Shown here: piece after piece, positions 48,859 through 58,740 of the stretch
How the letters are laid out: every line of letters begins with the position of its first letter
Position numbering within the stretch: position 1 is the stretch's first letter
IMG/VR virus record: IMGVR_UViG_3300021961_000023
DNA length: 64,000 bases
Reading direction: 5' to 3' (one strand)
Source of the DNA: a virus
Notes under the pieces: generated by a model
What the model saw: the letters and a program-made list of their open reading frames with translations, nothing else
Told to the model about the DNA's origin: nothing
The model's database searches: none
Translations under genes and position numbers: made by a program

Positions 48859-49956
48859 ATGGCAGACAATTTACCATACTTATCTGGTGGAGAGCAAACG
48901 ACGATTAACTCCACTATAACGGAACTGTTTCCAGCTCTTGCATTTAATTCTGGTGCTCATCCAAGAACTGCAAGTGAATTGGAAGAGTTTGTCAAAGGAT
49001 TGGATTTAAACCAAAATGGTGCAAAAAAATCTTTTGTGAATGATAGTAATATAGAATCTGCTAAAGAGTATATCACTAAGATGGCGAGGATTAGACCATC
49101 TATGAAAAATACTAAACTTGAAAATGCTGTTGGTATTCTTAATTGGATATATGATTATCATCATCAACGAGAGATAGAGAAAGTTGTTTGGGGATATAGA
49201 GAAAAACCTCAAGGAGTTCCTACTAATCATGCTGGGGATATATTTTTAATTTTCAAAGATAAAACAGTTCACCCAAAAATTTTGGGTATTAGTTTAAAAG
49301 CAGGAACGGCATCTTCTAAAGAACCTAAATTAAACTCTTATGTTGCAACTACATTAAGAAAACCCGCTTGGAAAAGTGCATATCCAAGAGCTGTAGAAGA
49401 ACTAAAGGAAGAACTATGGGATAAAGTTTATTCCAAAATTCCGAACCTACCAAAAACTGTTAATAAAACAAATTATTTGGTATTAAGTACTTCAAGGCAA
49501 ACACCTAATAAAATACTTCAAGAAAAAATGTTGGATTTGTTTAAATATGATAATGTTATTTTTGAGGCATTATATGTGAGAATGAATACTATTTGTAGAA
49601 ATAAATTAATCTCTATGATTAACGGTAATGTTAATGCGACAAAAGGATGGATAGAAGAAGAGTTTAGACTTGAAAAGAAAGATGTAGAAGTTCCTATGGT
49701 TCTTGTTAAAGCCATTGGAAGCACTGCAGAATCTCATGCAACAGATCCTTTAAAAGAATTTTTGCCAGCAGTAACTTCTGTTAATGCGTATTTAAAACCT
49801 GGATCTGTTCAAGAGTGGTTTATTGATTTAAAGGGCGATAATAGTAAAAAAATGACTTTAACTATGACAATTAGAAGTGATTCTGAATATAGAGAGGCAA
49901 AACAAAAAGGAAAACTTGGGGCATTTATGATGCTTAAGTTACTCTATCGTGGTTAA
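48859..49956 (+). CDS. Hypothetical protein, possible PD-(D/E)XK nuclease fold
   Basis: GDIFL...GISLK motif; late promoter at 48830-48835; very AT-rich. Confidence 0.5.
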   Translation: MADNLPYLSGGEQTTINSTITELFPALAFNSGAHPRTASELEEFVKGLDLNQNGAKKSFVNDSNIESAKEYITKMARIRPSMKNTKLENAVGILNWIYDYHHQREIEKVVWGYREKPQGVPTNHAGDIFLIFKDKTVHPKILGISLKAGTASSKEPKLNSYVATTLRKPAWKSAYPRAVEELKEELWDKVYSKIPNLPKTVNKTNYLVLSTSRQTPNKILQEKMLDLFKYDNVIFEALYVRMNTICRNKLISMINGNVNATKGWIEEEFRLEKKDVEVPMVLVKAIGSTAESHATDPLKEFLPAVTSVNAYLKPGSVQEWFIDLKGDNSKKMTLTMTIRSDSEYREAKQKGKLGAFMMLKLLYRG

Positions 49957-49982
49957 TAAATATAAGTATATCAACACATAAC

Positions 49983-51224
49983 ATGAAGAGTTTTACACGA
50001 TTCTTATCTGAAGCATCTACTGCTGTTGTTCAAGCAACTCGCCTTGGATTAAAAGGTGACGGTCATGGTGGATGGTACGATAAAAAAGGTGAGTTTGTCG
50101 CAAAGACAGAAAAGGGTAGATTGAAGTTTTATAATAAGAATGAGCGTCCTGGAAAGGATGGTCCTCAGGGAGCATCTGCTCCTGCTCCTGCTCCAGAACC
50201 AGCACCACAAGCGTCCTCTCAAGCACAGCAGGAACCTCAGGAAGGGGAGTTTGGAACGTTCCCAGATGGCACTCCTCGTCGAATGCCACCACCAGTAAAC
50301 GCAGACGGATCTCCAAAGGAGGATCGTGGTGAAGTTACTTTAACTTTTGGTAGATTTAACTTCCCAACAACTGGACATGAGAAACTCTTCAATCAAGCAA
50401 AGAAAGTTGCTGGCAAGGGAGATCTTCGTATCTATCCATCCCGTTCTGTAGATCCGAAAAAGAATCCTCTTGATCCTGATGAAAAGGTTGAAATCATGCA
50501 TCAGATGTTCCCTGATTATTCAAGGAACATTGTGAATGATCCTAATGTAAAAACTATTTTTGATGCACTTAAGCAAGCACATGAAGATGGATATACAAAG
50601 GTAAAGATTGTTGTTGGTGGAGACAGAGTAAACGAGTTTGAAAAAATGTCTTCTTCATATAATGGAAAGTTATACGATTTCTCTAACTTAGAAACTGCGT
50701 CAGCAGGGGAAAGAGATCCTGATGCTGAAGGATTAGAGGGAATGTCTGCTTCTAAAATGAGGAAAGCAGCTGCTGAAAACGATTTTGAAACTTTCCGTTC
50801 AGGAGTTCCTCAACATATTGATGATAAAACCGCGAAGATGTTTATGAATACTCTTCGTAAAAAAATGAAAGTTACTAAAGAAAGTTGGAATCTATGGGAG
50901 ATTGCTCCTAAACTTGATTGGAAAAATCTTCGTGAAAACTATGTAACTGAAAGTATTTTTCGTGTTGGAGATATTGTTGAGAATCTAAACACAGGGTTGG
51001 TTGGAAGAATCATTCGTCGTGGAGCAAACTATTTGATTTGTGTTACTGAGGATAATATTCTTTTTAAACCTTGGATTAAGGATGTTAAGGAATGGACTGA
51101 AGTTTCTGGGGTTCCTGCGAAGAAAAGAGAAGTTGGAACTGATGCATTCAGAAAGTATGTTATGAGCATGACGGGTACAACAGATATTAAGAATTTCATA
51201 AATAAGTATAAGCAAAAGAACTAA
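49983..51224 (+). CDS. Cytidyltransferase-like (HIGH-superfamily) nucleotidyltransferase with capsid-targeting-like N-terminus
   Basis: TFGRFNxPTTGHEKL, VVGGDR and MSASKMR motifs; starts MKSFTRFLSEA; late promoter at 49957-49962. Confidence 0.8.
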   Translation: MKSFTRFLSEASTAVVQATRLGLKGDGHGGWYDKKGEFVAKTEKGRLKFYNKNERPGKDGPQGASAPAPAPEPAPQASSQAQQEPQEGEFGTFPDGTPRRMPPPVNADGSPKEDRGEVTLTFGRFNFPTTGHEKLFNQAKKVAGKGDLRIYPSRSVDPKKNPLDPDEKVEIMHQMFPDYSRNIVNDPNVKTIFDALKQAHEDGYTKVKIVVGGDRVNEFEKMSSSYNGKLYDFSNLETASAGERDPDAEGLEGMSASKMRKAAAENDFETFRSGVPQHIDDKTAKMFMNTLRKKMKVTKESWNLWEIAPKLDWKNLRENYVTESIFRVGDIVENLNTGLVGRIIRRGANYLICVTEDNILFKPWIKDVKEWTEVSGVPAKKREVGTDAFRKYVMSMTGTTDIKNFINKYKQKN

Positions 51225-51238
51225 TAGCGATTAAAAAA

Positions 51239-53539
51239 ATGTCCGAAATGAATCCTCTGCTGGACCTGAACTCGGTCTACATGCAAGAAGTTTTAAAGCC
51301 ACAACTTGGCAAGAAAACGATTGCAAAATCACCTGAAGCAAAAGAAGGTGGCGAAAAGGGTAAAGATGCAAAACCTGGCGCTCCTGCTGAGAAGAGAGTT
51401 CGCCAAGCAGTATATGATATTCGTTATCGCGCAAGAAGAGAAGATATTCCTGTGTCTCAAGCATATACTCAGTATATGCAAAACACCACAATGAGTGGTC
51501 CAGAAAAGTCTGCGATCAAATCAAAACTTGGTGAAGAAGCGCAAGTTTCTGAAGAAGTTACTCAAACTAAGTATCAAGTCCGTGTAAAGGATAAGAATAG
51601 TGGTAAGTCATACACCCGTATGGCAACTCGTGAAAAAATCAATCAACTTCGTGCAAATCCCAACATTTCATCTGTTGAGATGACCAAGTATGGTACTCCT
51701 TATGAGGGAGAGAAAAAGAAAGGTGAGCAAACTGCAGCAACCAAATCAGGAAAAGGTCTGGATCCTGTAGGTAGAGAAGATAAGGATATTGACAACGATG
51801 GCGATCATGATAAGTCAGATAAGTATCTTCTAAATCGTAGAAAGGTTCGTAGTGCTGCGATTGATAAAAAAGATGTGAAAGAGGGATTCTCAAACTGGAG
51901 AATGGAACTCTTTGAGGTTGAGGGTGAAACTGAAGATAAAACGATGCCTCAGATCAAAGAAAAAAATATTAAAAATAAAGTTGTCATCAATCCAGAAATC
52001 AAAGAAGCGATTGAAGAGATTGGTGGAACTTTATTAGAAGCAGTTGAGATTGACGAAATTGACTATCTGATTAATGAAGTTTATGATGAACTTTCTGAAG
52101 AAGGATATGAAGATGATGATATTGAAGATGCTCTTGAATATGCTCTGACTGAAGCAAAGGTAACTCTTGGGCATGATACTGATGATGAACCAAAAACAAG
52201 TTTAAAGGGGAAGGCAAAAGAGTTTCTTGCAAAGGCAATGGTTAAGGGGTATAACAAAGCAAGAAATCTAAAAAAATCTGCTGAACCAAAAGTACAAAGA
52301 GCAAAAACTTCTTTGAAGCGTAAAATTGGGAAAGTCGCTCAAAAGGTTCTTGATCGTGTGAAAGAAGAAGTTGAGCAGATTGATGAGGATGAGTATCGCA
52401 GAATGCTTGCTAAAGAACGTCAATCTGAAAAAGAAAAGGAAGATAAAAGACCTGGATTTAAAAGTAAGAATCCTGGAAGACTAGCAAAGTCAACAGGAAG
52501 AGACTATGCTGACAGTCAAATGGGCAGCATTAAGATCCACGACAAAGCAACCAAAGGAAAGCATACAGTCGGCAATCCCTTCCCAGAACAAGTTGAGTAT
52601 GATCTTGAAGAGGGTATGGATATGAAGGACTTTAAGGCAAATCGTAAGAAACTTCGCCGTAAAGAATCTTCTGCTGATGCTGAGAAGAGAGGGCATGTTG
52701 GTAAGGAATGGTATAATAGTGGTAGAAGGTATTCTCCAGATGAAGCAAAGAGAAGTCGTGCAAAGATGGATGATGAAGAAAGACGCACGAGACATCGTAG
52801 TGCTGTAGATCCTGATGATGAGGATGATAATAACTATTCTGCAGACAAAACGAAGAATCCTAAGAAACTTCGTAAGCAAAAGGCAATGGGCGAACTTGGT
52901 GAAGCAGTTCTTGGTGAAAAGACTTTGACTTCTGCTGAAACCAAAAAGAAGGAAGAGATTGTAAAGTCAATGAAGAAGAGTGCGGGTGACTTTGAAAAGA
53001 GATATCCTGGACGCGGTAAAGAAGTGATGTATGCTACTGCCACCAAAATGGCAAAGAAAGTAGCAGAGCAAATGGAAGATGAAAAAACTCAAACAACTCC
53101 AACTCCATCTCCACTTGATAAAAAGAAAGAGATGCTTGATAAGCAAAAACTTGCTAACTTGAGAATGATTCAGCAGAAAAAACAGCAACTGGATAGACAG
53201 AAACTAAATCTGCAAAAACAAAACAAACTTCCTTTAAACTCAGAAGAAGTTGAGCATCTTGATGAACTAAATCGTGCCGAAAAAGAGACTGGCATTAATA
53301 CCAAGACTGGTAAACCAACTCAAAAGGGCGGCGCTAAGGATGATGTAGCTTATACGATGGTTAAGAAATCCATTCGTAAGATGGAGGGTACTCCTGCTGG
53401 ACAACGTAAAAAAGTTCCTGGCAAGAAACCACCTGCTGCTGGTGAGTACGGTGCTCCAAGATCTCCTGCTCAAAAAGTAGCAATGCGTCGTGCAGCTGCA
53501 CAAAGATCACAAGATTCAATGCATTCAAGGTTTGACTAA
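51239..53539 (+). CDS. Large charged multi-module protein, putative internal head polyprotein
   Basis: Alternating Lys/Arg-rich modules and acidic xxE linkers; late promoter at 51199-51204. Confidence 0.65.
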   Translation: MSEMNPLLDLNSVYMQEVLKPQLGKKTIAKSPEAKEGGEKGKDAKPGAPAEKRVRQAVYDIRYRARREDIPVSQAYTQYMQNTTMSGPEKSAIKSKLGEEAQVSEEVTQTKYQVRVKDKNSGKSYTRMATREKINQLRANPNISSVEMTKYGTPYEGEKKKGEQTAATKSGKGLDPVGREDKDIDNDGDHDKSDKYLLNRRKVRSAAIDKKDVKEGFSNWRMELFEVEGETEDKTMPQIKEKNIKNKVVINPEIKEAIEEIGGTLLEAVEIDEIDYLINEVYDELSEEGYEDDDIEDALEYALTEAKVTLGHDTDDEPKTSLKGKAKEFLAKAMVKGYNKARNLKKSAEPKVQRAKTSLKRKIGKVAQKVLDRVKEEVEQIDEDEYRRMLAKERQSEKEKEDKRPGFKSKNPGRLAKSTGRDYADSQMGSIKIHDKATKGKHTVGNPFPEQVEYDLEEGMDMKDFKANRKKLRRKESSADAEKRGHVGKEWYNSGRRYSPDEAKRSRAKMDDEERRTRHRSAVDPDDEDDNNYSADKTKNPKKLRKQKAMGELGEAVLGEKTLTSAETKKKEEIVKSMKKSAGDFEKRYPGRGKEVMYATATKMAKKVAEQMEDEKTQTTPTPSPLDKKKEMLDKQKLANLRMIQQKKQQLDRQKLNLQKQNKLPLNSEEVEHLDELNRAEKETGINTKTGKPTQKGGAKDDVAYTMVKKSIRKMEGTPAGQRKKVPGKKPPAAGEYGAPRSPAQKVAMRRAAAQRSQDSMHSRFD

Positions 53540-53577
53540 TCCTAAATAGCCCAGGATACTCTTACATGGAGGACATC

Positions 53578-53751
53578 ATGGGCGCAGTAGTAGCAGTGGT
53601 AAAACCACTTCTGATTCAAATCGCAACACATCCAGCAGTTAAGAATCTTGTTCTTGACTTACTCAAGAAGTATGTTGATAGCACAGATAACAGTATTGAT
53701 AATGTAGTTTATGAGTTGGTAAAAGAAAAACTCTTTACGCCTGAAGCATGA
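53578..53751 (+). CDS. Small hypothetical protein
   Basis: SD GGAGGA at 53568-53573; STDNSIDN motif. Confidence 0.6.
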   Translation: MGAVVAVVKPLLIQIATHPAVKNLVLDLLKKYVDSTDNSIDNVVYELVKEKLFTPEA

Positions 53752-53912
53752 TTACTTGCTTTGTAACTAACTGGGGAGTAACCATTTTTCTAGGTCTGTT
53801 GCTAACTGCTTCTGAATGGTTAGCAAAAACAAAAAGATTTGAAGAAAATGGACTTCTTGATTTAACAACCAACTTCTTAAGGTTGATTCTACGTAAGGGA
53901 GATAAAAAGTAA
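53748..53912 (+). CDS. Small membrane protein (not in the ORF track)
   Basis: 54 aa MITCFVTNWGVTIFLGLLLTASEWL...; hydrophobic N-terminal helix; ATGA overlap. Confidence 0.6.
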   Translation: MITCFVTNWGVTIFLGLLLTASEWLAKTKRFEENGLLDLTTNFLRLILRKGDKK

Positions 53913-53926
53913 CATCTCCCTTTTTT
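53895..53926 (+). terminator. Terminator followed directly by a late promoter
   Basis: AAGGGAGAT...ATCTCCCTT plus T-tract; TATAAATA at 53926-53933. Confidence 0.65.
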
Positions 53927-53965
53927 ATAAATATTCTTAGGACAAATTATTAATAGGAAAAAGAC

Positions 53966-54493
53966 ATGGCACTCTGGGGAAACAATGCTGCAGTGGAGTC
54001 AGGTGGTACAATATCTTTAGATTATACCACTTTAACCGTAACAGGTAGTGGCACAACTTTTGGTTCACCTGGTTTTGCAAAGACTGGTCAAGTCATTGAA
54101 TTTGGCAGTCGAGCAGGTGTTTATTATGGTGATGCAGTGATCGTTGGTATCGCAAGTACAACTCAACTGACGATTGGTTCTACTGCAAATCTTTCTGGTG
54201 CTGCTATTGCCGCTACTAGTTTCACTGTTAGCGAGAAACCAAAATATATTATTGGTGATTCCCATTATAATCAAACTAACACCGACTATGACCCATTTGT
54301 ATATGGTGTTGCTAATGCCGATGGTGTTATTTCTTCCTATCATGTAACTCATGAAGGATGGGTTGGTGTTGTAACTTATACCGATAGTTCTGGTAACCTC
54401 AGAGTTAAGAAAGAAACTTTAGTTGCTATGTCTGGTATCAATACGACAACTGCAGGAACTGACTCCGTTGCATATCCTACAAAGGAGGGGTGA
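53966..54493 (+). CDS. Hypothetical virion protein
   Basis: MALWGN, HEGWVG and RVKKETLVAM motifs typical of T4-like structural proteins. Confidence 0.65.
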   Translation: MALWGNNAAVESGGTISLDYTTLTVTGSGTTFGSPGFAKTGQVIEFGSRAGVYYGDAVIVGIASTTQLTIGSTANLSGAAIAATSFTVSEKPKYIIGDSHYNQTNTDYDPFVYGVANADGVISSYHVTHEGWVGVVTYTDSSGNLRVKKETLVAMSGINTTTAGTDSVAYPTKEG

Positions 54494-54502
54494 TAATTTT
54501 AA

Positions 54503-54895
54503 ATGATCTTTAATGAACTGACTGAGGATAACTTCCTCTTATTTGCTATTAAACATTATCAAAATCCTCAGGCAGTTACTAAGGATGACTTTGACCGTGA
54601 CTTAAATCATTTTAAGTACATTAAAAGACTGTTGAAAAAATACAAAAGCACAGGTGAGTTAAAAACTCACCTTTTGCTTAATCATTTTATCATTTTATAC
54701 AATATCTTTGGTGACGCTACAACCCCAATGTTATTCTATAAAATTGAAAAAGAACTTTGGTCTGTAATGAAAACTTTTGTGTTGTTTCTGAATAGATTGC
54801 CTGAAACTCCACGATGTTACATTCATGATATACAAGTGGACATTGAATGTATGTCTCAACTCAATAAAGTTTATAAAAATGAACAGCAAGATTGA
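54503..54895 (+). CDS. Conserved T4-like hypothetical protein
   Basis: FAIKHYxNP, FKYIKRL and LLNHxIILYNIFG motifs. Confidence 0.75.
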   Translation: MIFNELTEDNFLLFAIKHYQNPQAVTKDDFDRDLNHFKYIKRLLKKYKSTGELKTHLLLNHFIILYNIFGDATTPMLFYKIEKELWSVMKTFVLFLNRLPETPRCYIHDIQVDIECMSQLNKVYKNEQQD

Positions 54896-55088
54896 TTGGA
54901 TTATTGATATTATTCGCACTTTGAAAGAGGAAGCACCTACCATGAATCTTGGTGCGGGACAGATTGCTGGTACTGTAGAAGCAGGAGATGTACCTCCTAT
55001 CAGAAAGAAAAAGAAATATATTTATGGTGGTCATGGAAGTAGGAAAACCTGGATCGCTAATTTAAAAAATGGAACCAATAGAATCTGA
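54879..55088 (+). CDS. Small hypothetical protein with gp23-like LxEE-APT junction
   Basis: MNSKIDWIIDIIRTLKEEAPTMN...; basic C-terminus. Confidence 0.6.
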   Translation: MNSKIDWIIDIIRTLKEEAPTMNLGAGQIAGTVEAGDVPPIRKKKKYIYGGHGSRKTWIANLKNGTNRI

Positions 55089-55473
55089 TGTCGCAGTTCT
55101 AAAATCAAAAATAGATATGGCAGAACAAGTTTTTGATAAACTTGATCGAGCTATTGAAAAGATAACTGAGGTAAATAATAATGTGTCGCGGATGCTCGCC
55201 GTCCATGAAGAAAGAATATCAAAACAAGAAGAGATCGACAGCGTATTGTTTGATAAAATCGACAAACTACGTGATAAAATGGACAGCGATCATGACATCG
55301 TTAGTGAACGATTACGAACGCTTGAACGGAAACTTTGGTCTGCTATCGGAATATTGGGAGCAGTTATAGTCACTATAAACCCAGCAACTTTACAAAGGGT
55401 TCTGCCCTTGTTCAAAACCTCATCCTCTGCTATAGTTGCTCCAGCACATGCTGTAGATAATGGATCACGTTGA
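55069..55473 (+). CDS. Coiled-coil protein with C-terminal hydrophobic helix
   Basis: LAVHEERI coiled coil followed by WSAIGILGAVIVTI. Confidence 0.65.
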   Translation: MEPIESDVAVLKSKIDMAEQVFDKLDRAIEKITEVNNNVSRMLAVHEERISKQEEIDSVLFDKIDKLRDKMDSDHDIVSERLRTLERKLWSAIGILGAVIVTINPATLQRVLPLFKTSSSAIVAPAHAVDNGSR

Positions 55474-56443
55474 TGTAAAGTATATCGGTCTTCTCTCTAC
55501 ACGACTGGAAAAGTTCAAGAAAGTAAAACCATCTCTGTTTAACTTCCGTTGTCCAATATGTGGAGACTCGCAGAGAAACAAAACTAAGACTCGCGGATAT
55601 CTGTATTCTATCAAAAATAATACTAACTTTAAGTGCCATAACTGTGGTGCTTCAATGTCGTTCAACAACTTTTTGAAGCAACAAGATTCTGCTCTTCATA
55701 AGCAATACACTCTTGAAAAGTTTAAGCAGGATAATGTCGGTAGAGGAGATTTTATTTCTGCTCCAGAAAACATTTTAGAACAAGTATCTAAGAAACCAGT
55801 TTTTTTAACAAAGCAAAAGATTGATCTACCAAGAACTGATGAAGTTAAAAAGGCAGATCAGTTTCTCAATGCAAGAAAAATCAGAGGCACTTTCTATTAT
55901 GCTGAAAAATTTAAATCATTTGTCAATACATTAAAACATACTTTTGATGATTTTCGTTACGATGAAGACAGAATTATCATTCCATTGTATCAAGATGGAC
56001 AACTTATCGGATTGCAAGGAAGATGTATAGATCCTAATCCGATTAAATATATTACCGTAATGCTTTCTGATGATGCCCCAAAAATTTATGGACTTGACCA
56101 AGTGGATTCTTCGCAATCCATTTACATTGTTGAAGGACCCTTCGACTCCACGTTTATCAAAAATGCTGTTGCTATGTGTGGGTCCGACGTTGATATTAGG
56201 TCGTTTGGTTGGAGCGATTATATTTGGGTATTTGATAACGAACCTCGCAATAGAGAAATCGTCAACAGAATCGAAAAACTCATCGATAGAGGTGATAAAA
56301 TAGTGATTTGGCCATCAAACATTATTCAAAAAGATATTAATGATATGGTTCTCGCTGGACATGATGTTCAAACAGTGATAGAATCAAATGTGTATAACGG
56401 ATTAGAAGCAAAACTTAAGTTCAACACCTGGAAGAAAATATGA
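55460..56443 (+). CDS. gp61: DNA primase gp61
   Basis: FRCPICGDS...KCHNCG Zn finger; TOPRIM VEGPFDS; DNEPRN and KDINDM motifs. Confidence 0.95.
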   Translation: MDHVDVKYIGLLSTRLEKFKKVKPSLFNFRCPICGDSQRNKTKTRGYLYSIKNNTNFKCHNCGASMSFNNFLKQQDSALHKQYTLEKFKQDNVGRGDFISAPENILEQVSKKPVFLTKQKIDLPRTDEVKKADQFLNARKIRGTFYYAEKFKSFVNTLKHTFDDFRYDEDRIIIPLYQDGQLIGLQGRCIDPNPIKYITVMLSDDAPKIYGLDQVDSSQSIYIVEGPFDSTFIKNAVAMCGSDVDIRSFGWSDYIWVFDNEPRNREIVNRIEKLIDRGDKIVIWPSNIIQKDINDMVLAGHDVQTVIESNVYNGLEAKLKFNTWKKI

Positions 56444-58740
56444 CCAACGGCACCAAAGTTAAAAAGAGAGACGGAAGAATTGAACCTCTTAACCTAGAGA
56501 AAATGCATCTCATGGTTGAAGAGGCATGTAAGGGACTGAGTGGAGTCTCTGCAAGTCAGGTTGAAATGCAGTCTGGCATTCAGTTCTATGATGGTATTAC
56601 CACTTCTGAGATTCAGGAGATTCTGATTCGTTCTGCTTCTGATCTGATTGACCTAGACCACCCTAACTATCAGTTCGTTGCTGCTAGATTGCTTTTGTTT
56701 TCTCTGAGGAAACAACTATATGGTCGTTTGAGAGAACTTCCTACTCTTGAGGATCATATTACAAAACTAGCATATCAAGATCTGTATGATAAAGATGTTT
56801 TTGTTAAATATTCTAAGGAAGAGATTACTAGGGCTGATTCCTTTATTGATCATTCTCGTGACTATCTGTTCACTTATGCGGGTTTACGTCAGGTCGTTGA
56901 TAAGTACCTCGTGCAGGATAGAAGCACTGGTGGTGTATATGAAACCCCACAGTTTATGTACATAATGATTGCTCTGACCATCTTTGCAGAGTATCCTAAA
57001 GAAATCAGAATGTCATATGTAAAGAGGTATTATGACGCAATCAGCAAACACAAAATCAACATCCCAACACCAATCATGGCAGGAGTGCGAACTCCGCTTA
57101 GACAATTTGCTAGTTGTGTGCTTGTTGACGTTGATGACACCCTCGATAGTATCTTTAGTAGCGATATGGCTATTGGCAGATATGTTGCACAAAGGGCGGG
57201 TATTGGTATCAACGCAGGTCGAATCCGTGGTATCAACAGTAGGATTAGAGGTGGCGAAGTCCAGCACACTGGCGTTATACCGTTTCTCAAAAAGTTTGAA
57301 GCAACTGTCCGTTGCTGCACGCAAAATGGTATACGAGGAGGAAGCGCGACGGTCCACTTCCCAATCTGGCACCAAGAAATAGAAGATATTCTTGTTTTAA
57401 AGAACAATAAAGGAACAGAAGATAATCGTGTCCGCAAACTTGATTACTCCATTCAAATCAGCAAGTTGTTCTATGAAAGATTTATTCAAGATGGTGAGAT
57501 CACGCTTTTCTCCCCACATGATGTACCTGGACTTTATGATTGCTTTGGACTCGCTGGTTTTGATGAGCTCTACTGTGCATATGAAAAGGATTCGTCCATT
57601 CCGAAAAAAACTGTTAAAGCACAAGAACTCATTCTCAATCTCCTTAAAGAAAGAGCTGAGACGGGTAGGATCTATATTATGAATATTGATCATTGCAACT
57701 CTCATTCTTCATTTAAAGATAAGGTGAATATGTCCAATCTCTGCCAAGAGATTACTCTTCCCACTGATCCAATCCATCATATTGATGATAAGATGGGTGA
57801 GATTGCTCTTTGTATTCTTTCCGCTATCAATGTTGGAAAGGTAAAGTCTGACGAAGAACTTGAAGAACTTTGTGATCTTTCTGTTCGTGGTTTGGATGAG
57901 TTGATTGACTATCAAAAGTACCCTGTAGAGGCGGCAGAAATCGCCACCAAGGCACGTCGTTCTCTTGGTATAGGGTTTATTGGGTTAGCACACTATTTGG
58001 CAAAACTTGGGTTCAAATATGAAGACCAAGAAGCATGGGATGCAGTTCATGGACTCTCTGAGTCTTTCCAATATTATTTGTTAAAATCGTCTAATCAACT
58101 TGCAAAGGAAAAGGGTCATTGTGAAAACTTTGGAAGAACCAAGTATGCCGATGGTATTCTTCCCATTGATACCTACAAAAAAGATGTAGATGAAATTTCA
58201 TCCATTACATATCAACATGATTGGGAAAGTCTACGTGCCGATATTCAGGCACATGGTTTACGACATTCAACATTGTCCGCACAGATGCCATCGGAGAGCA
58301 GTTCCGTTGTGTCAAACGCAACTAATGGAATCGAACCTCCTCGTGGATACCTGTCCATTAAGAAGTCAAAGAAGGGTCCTCTTAAGCAGATTGTTCCCCA
58401 GTATCAATCTCTTAAGAATAACTATACGCTTCTTTGGGACATGCCTAGTAACAATGGTTATATCAATATTGTTGCTGTTATGCAAAAGTTCTTTGATCAG
58501 GCAATCTCGGGTAACTGGTCGTATAATCCAGAAAATTATCCAGACAATGAAGTGCCTGTGAGTGTAATGGCAAATGATCTATTGACTACATACAAGTATG
58601 GATGGAAAACATCCTACTATCAAAATACCTACGACATCAAAACTGATGAAGTAGAAACAGATAAAAAACAAGAACTAAGTTCTTTGTTAGATGAGTTAAC
58701 CAAAGTAGAGGAGGGAGAGTGTGAATCCTGTGCAGTTTAA
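56440..58740 (+). CDS. nrdA: Ribonucleotide reductase class Ia alpha subunit
   Basis: ATP cone VKKRDG; FASCVL, SNLCQEI and MPSESSS motifs; C-terminal CESC. Confidence 0.97.
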   Translation: MTNGTKVKKRDGRIEPLNLEKMHLMVEEACKGLSGVSASQVEMQSGIQFYDGITTSEIQEILIRSASDLIDLDHPNYQFVAARLLLFSLRKQLYGRLRELPTLEDHITKLAYQDLYDKDVFVKYSKEEITRADSFIDHSRDYLFTYAGLRQVVDKYLVQDRSTGGVYETPQFMYIMIALTIFAEYPKEIRMSYVKRYYDAISKHKINIPTPIMAGVRTPLRQFASCVLVDVDDTLDSIFSSDMAIGRYVAQRAGIGINAGRIRGINSRIRGGEVQHTGVIPFLKKFEATVRCCTQNGIRGGSATVHFPIWHQEIEDILVLKNNKGTEDNRVRKLDYSIQISKLFYERFIQDGEITLFSPHDVPGLYDCFGLAGFDELYCAYEKDSSIPKKTVKAQELILNLLKERAETGRIYIMNIDHCNSHSSFKDKVNMSNLCQEITLPTDPIHHIDDKMGEIALCILSAINVGKVKSDEELEELCDLSVRGLDELIDYQKYPVEAAEIATKARRSLGIGFIGLAHYLAKLGFKYEDQEAWDAVHGLSESFQYYLLKSSNQLAKEKGHCENFGRTKYADGILPIDTYKKDVDEISSITYQHDWESLRADIQAHGLRHSTLSAQMPSESSSVVSNATNGIEPPRGYLSIKKSKKGPLKQIVPQYQSLKNNYTLLWDMPSNNGYINIVAVMQKFFDQAISGNWSYNPENYPDNEVPVSVMANDLLTTYKYGWKTSYYQNTYDIKTDEVETDKKQELSSLLDELTKVEEGECESCAV

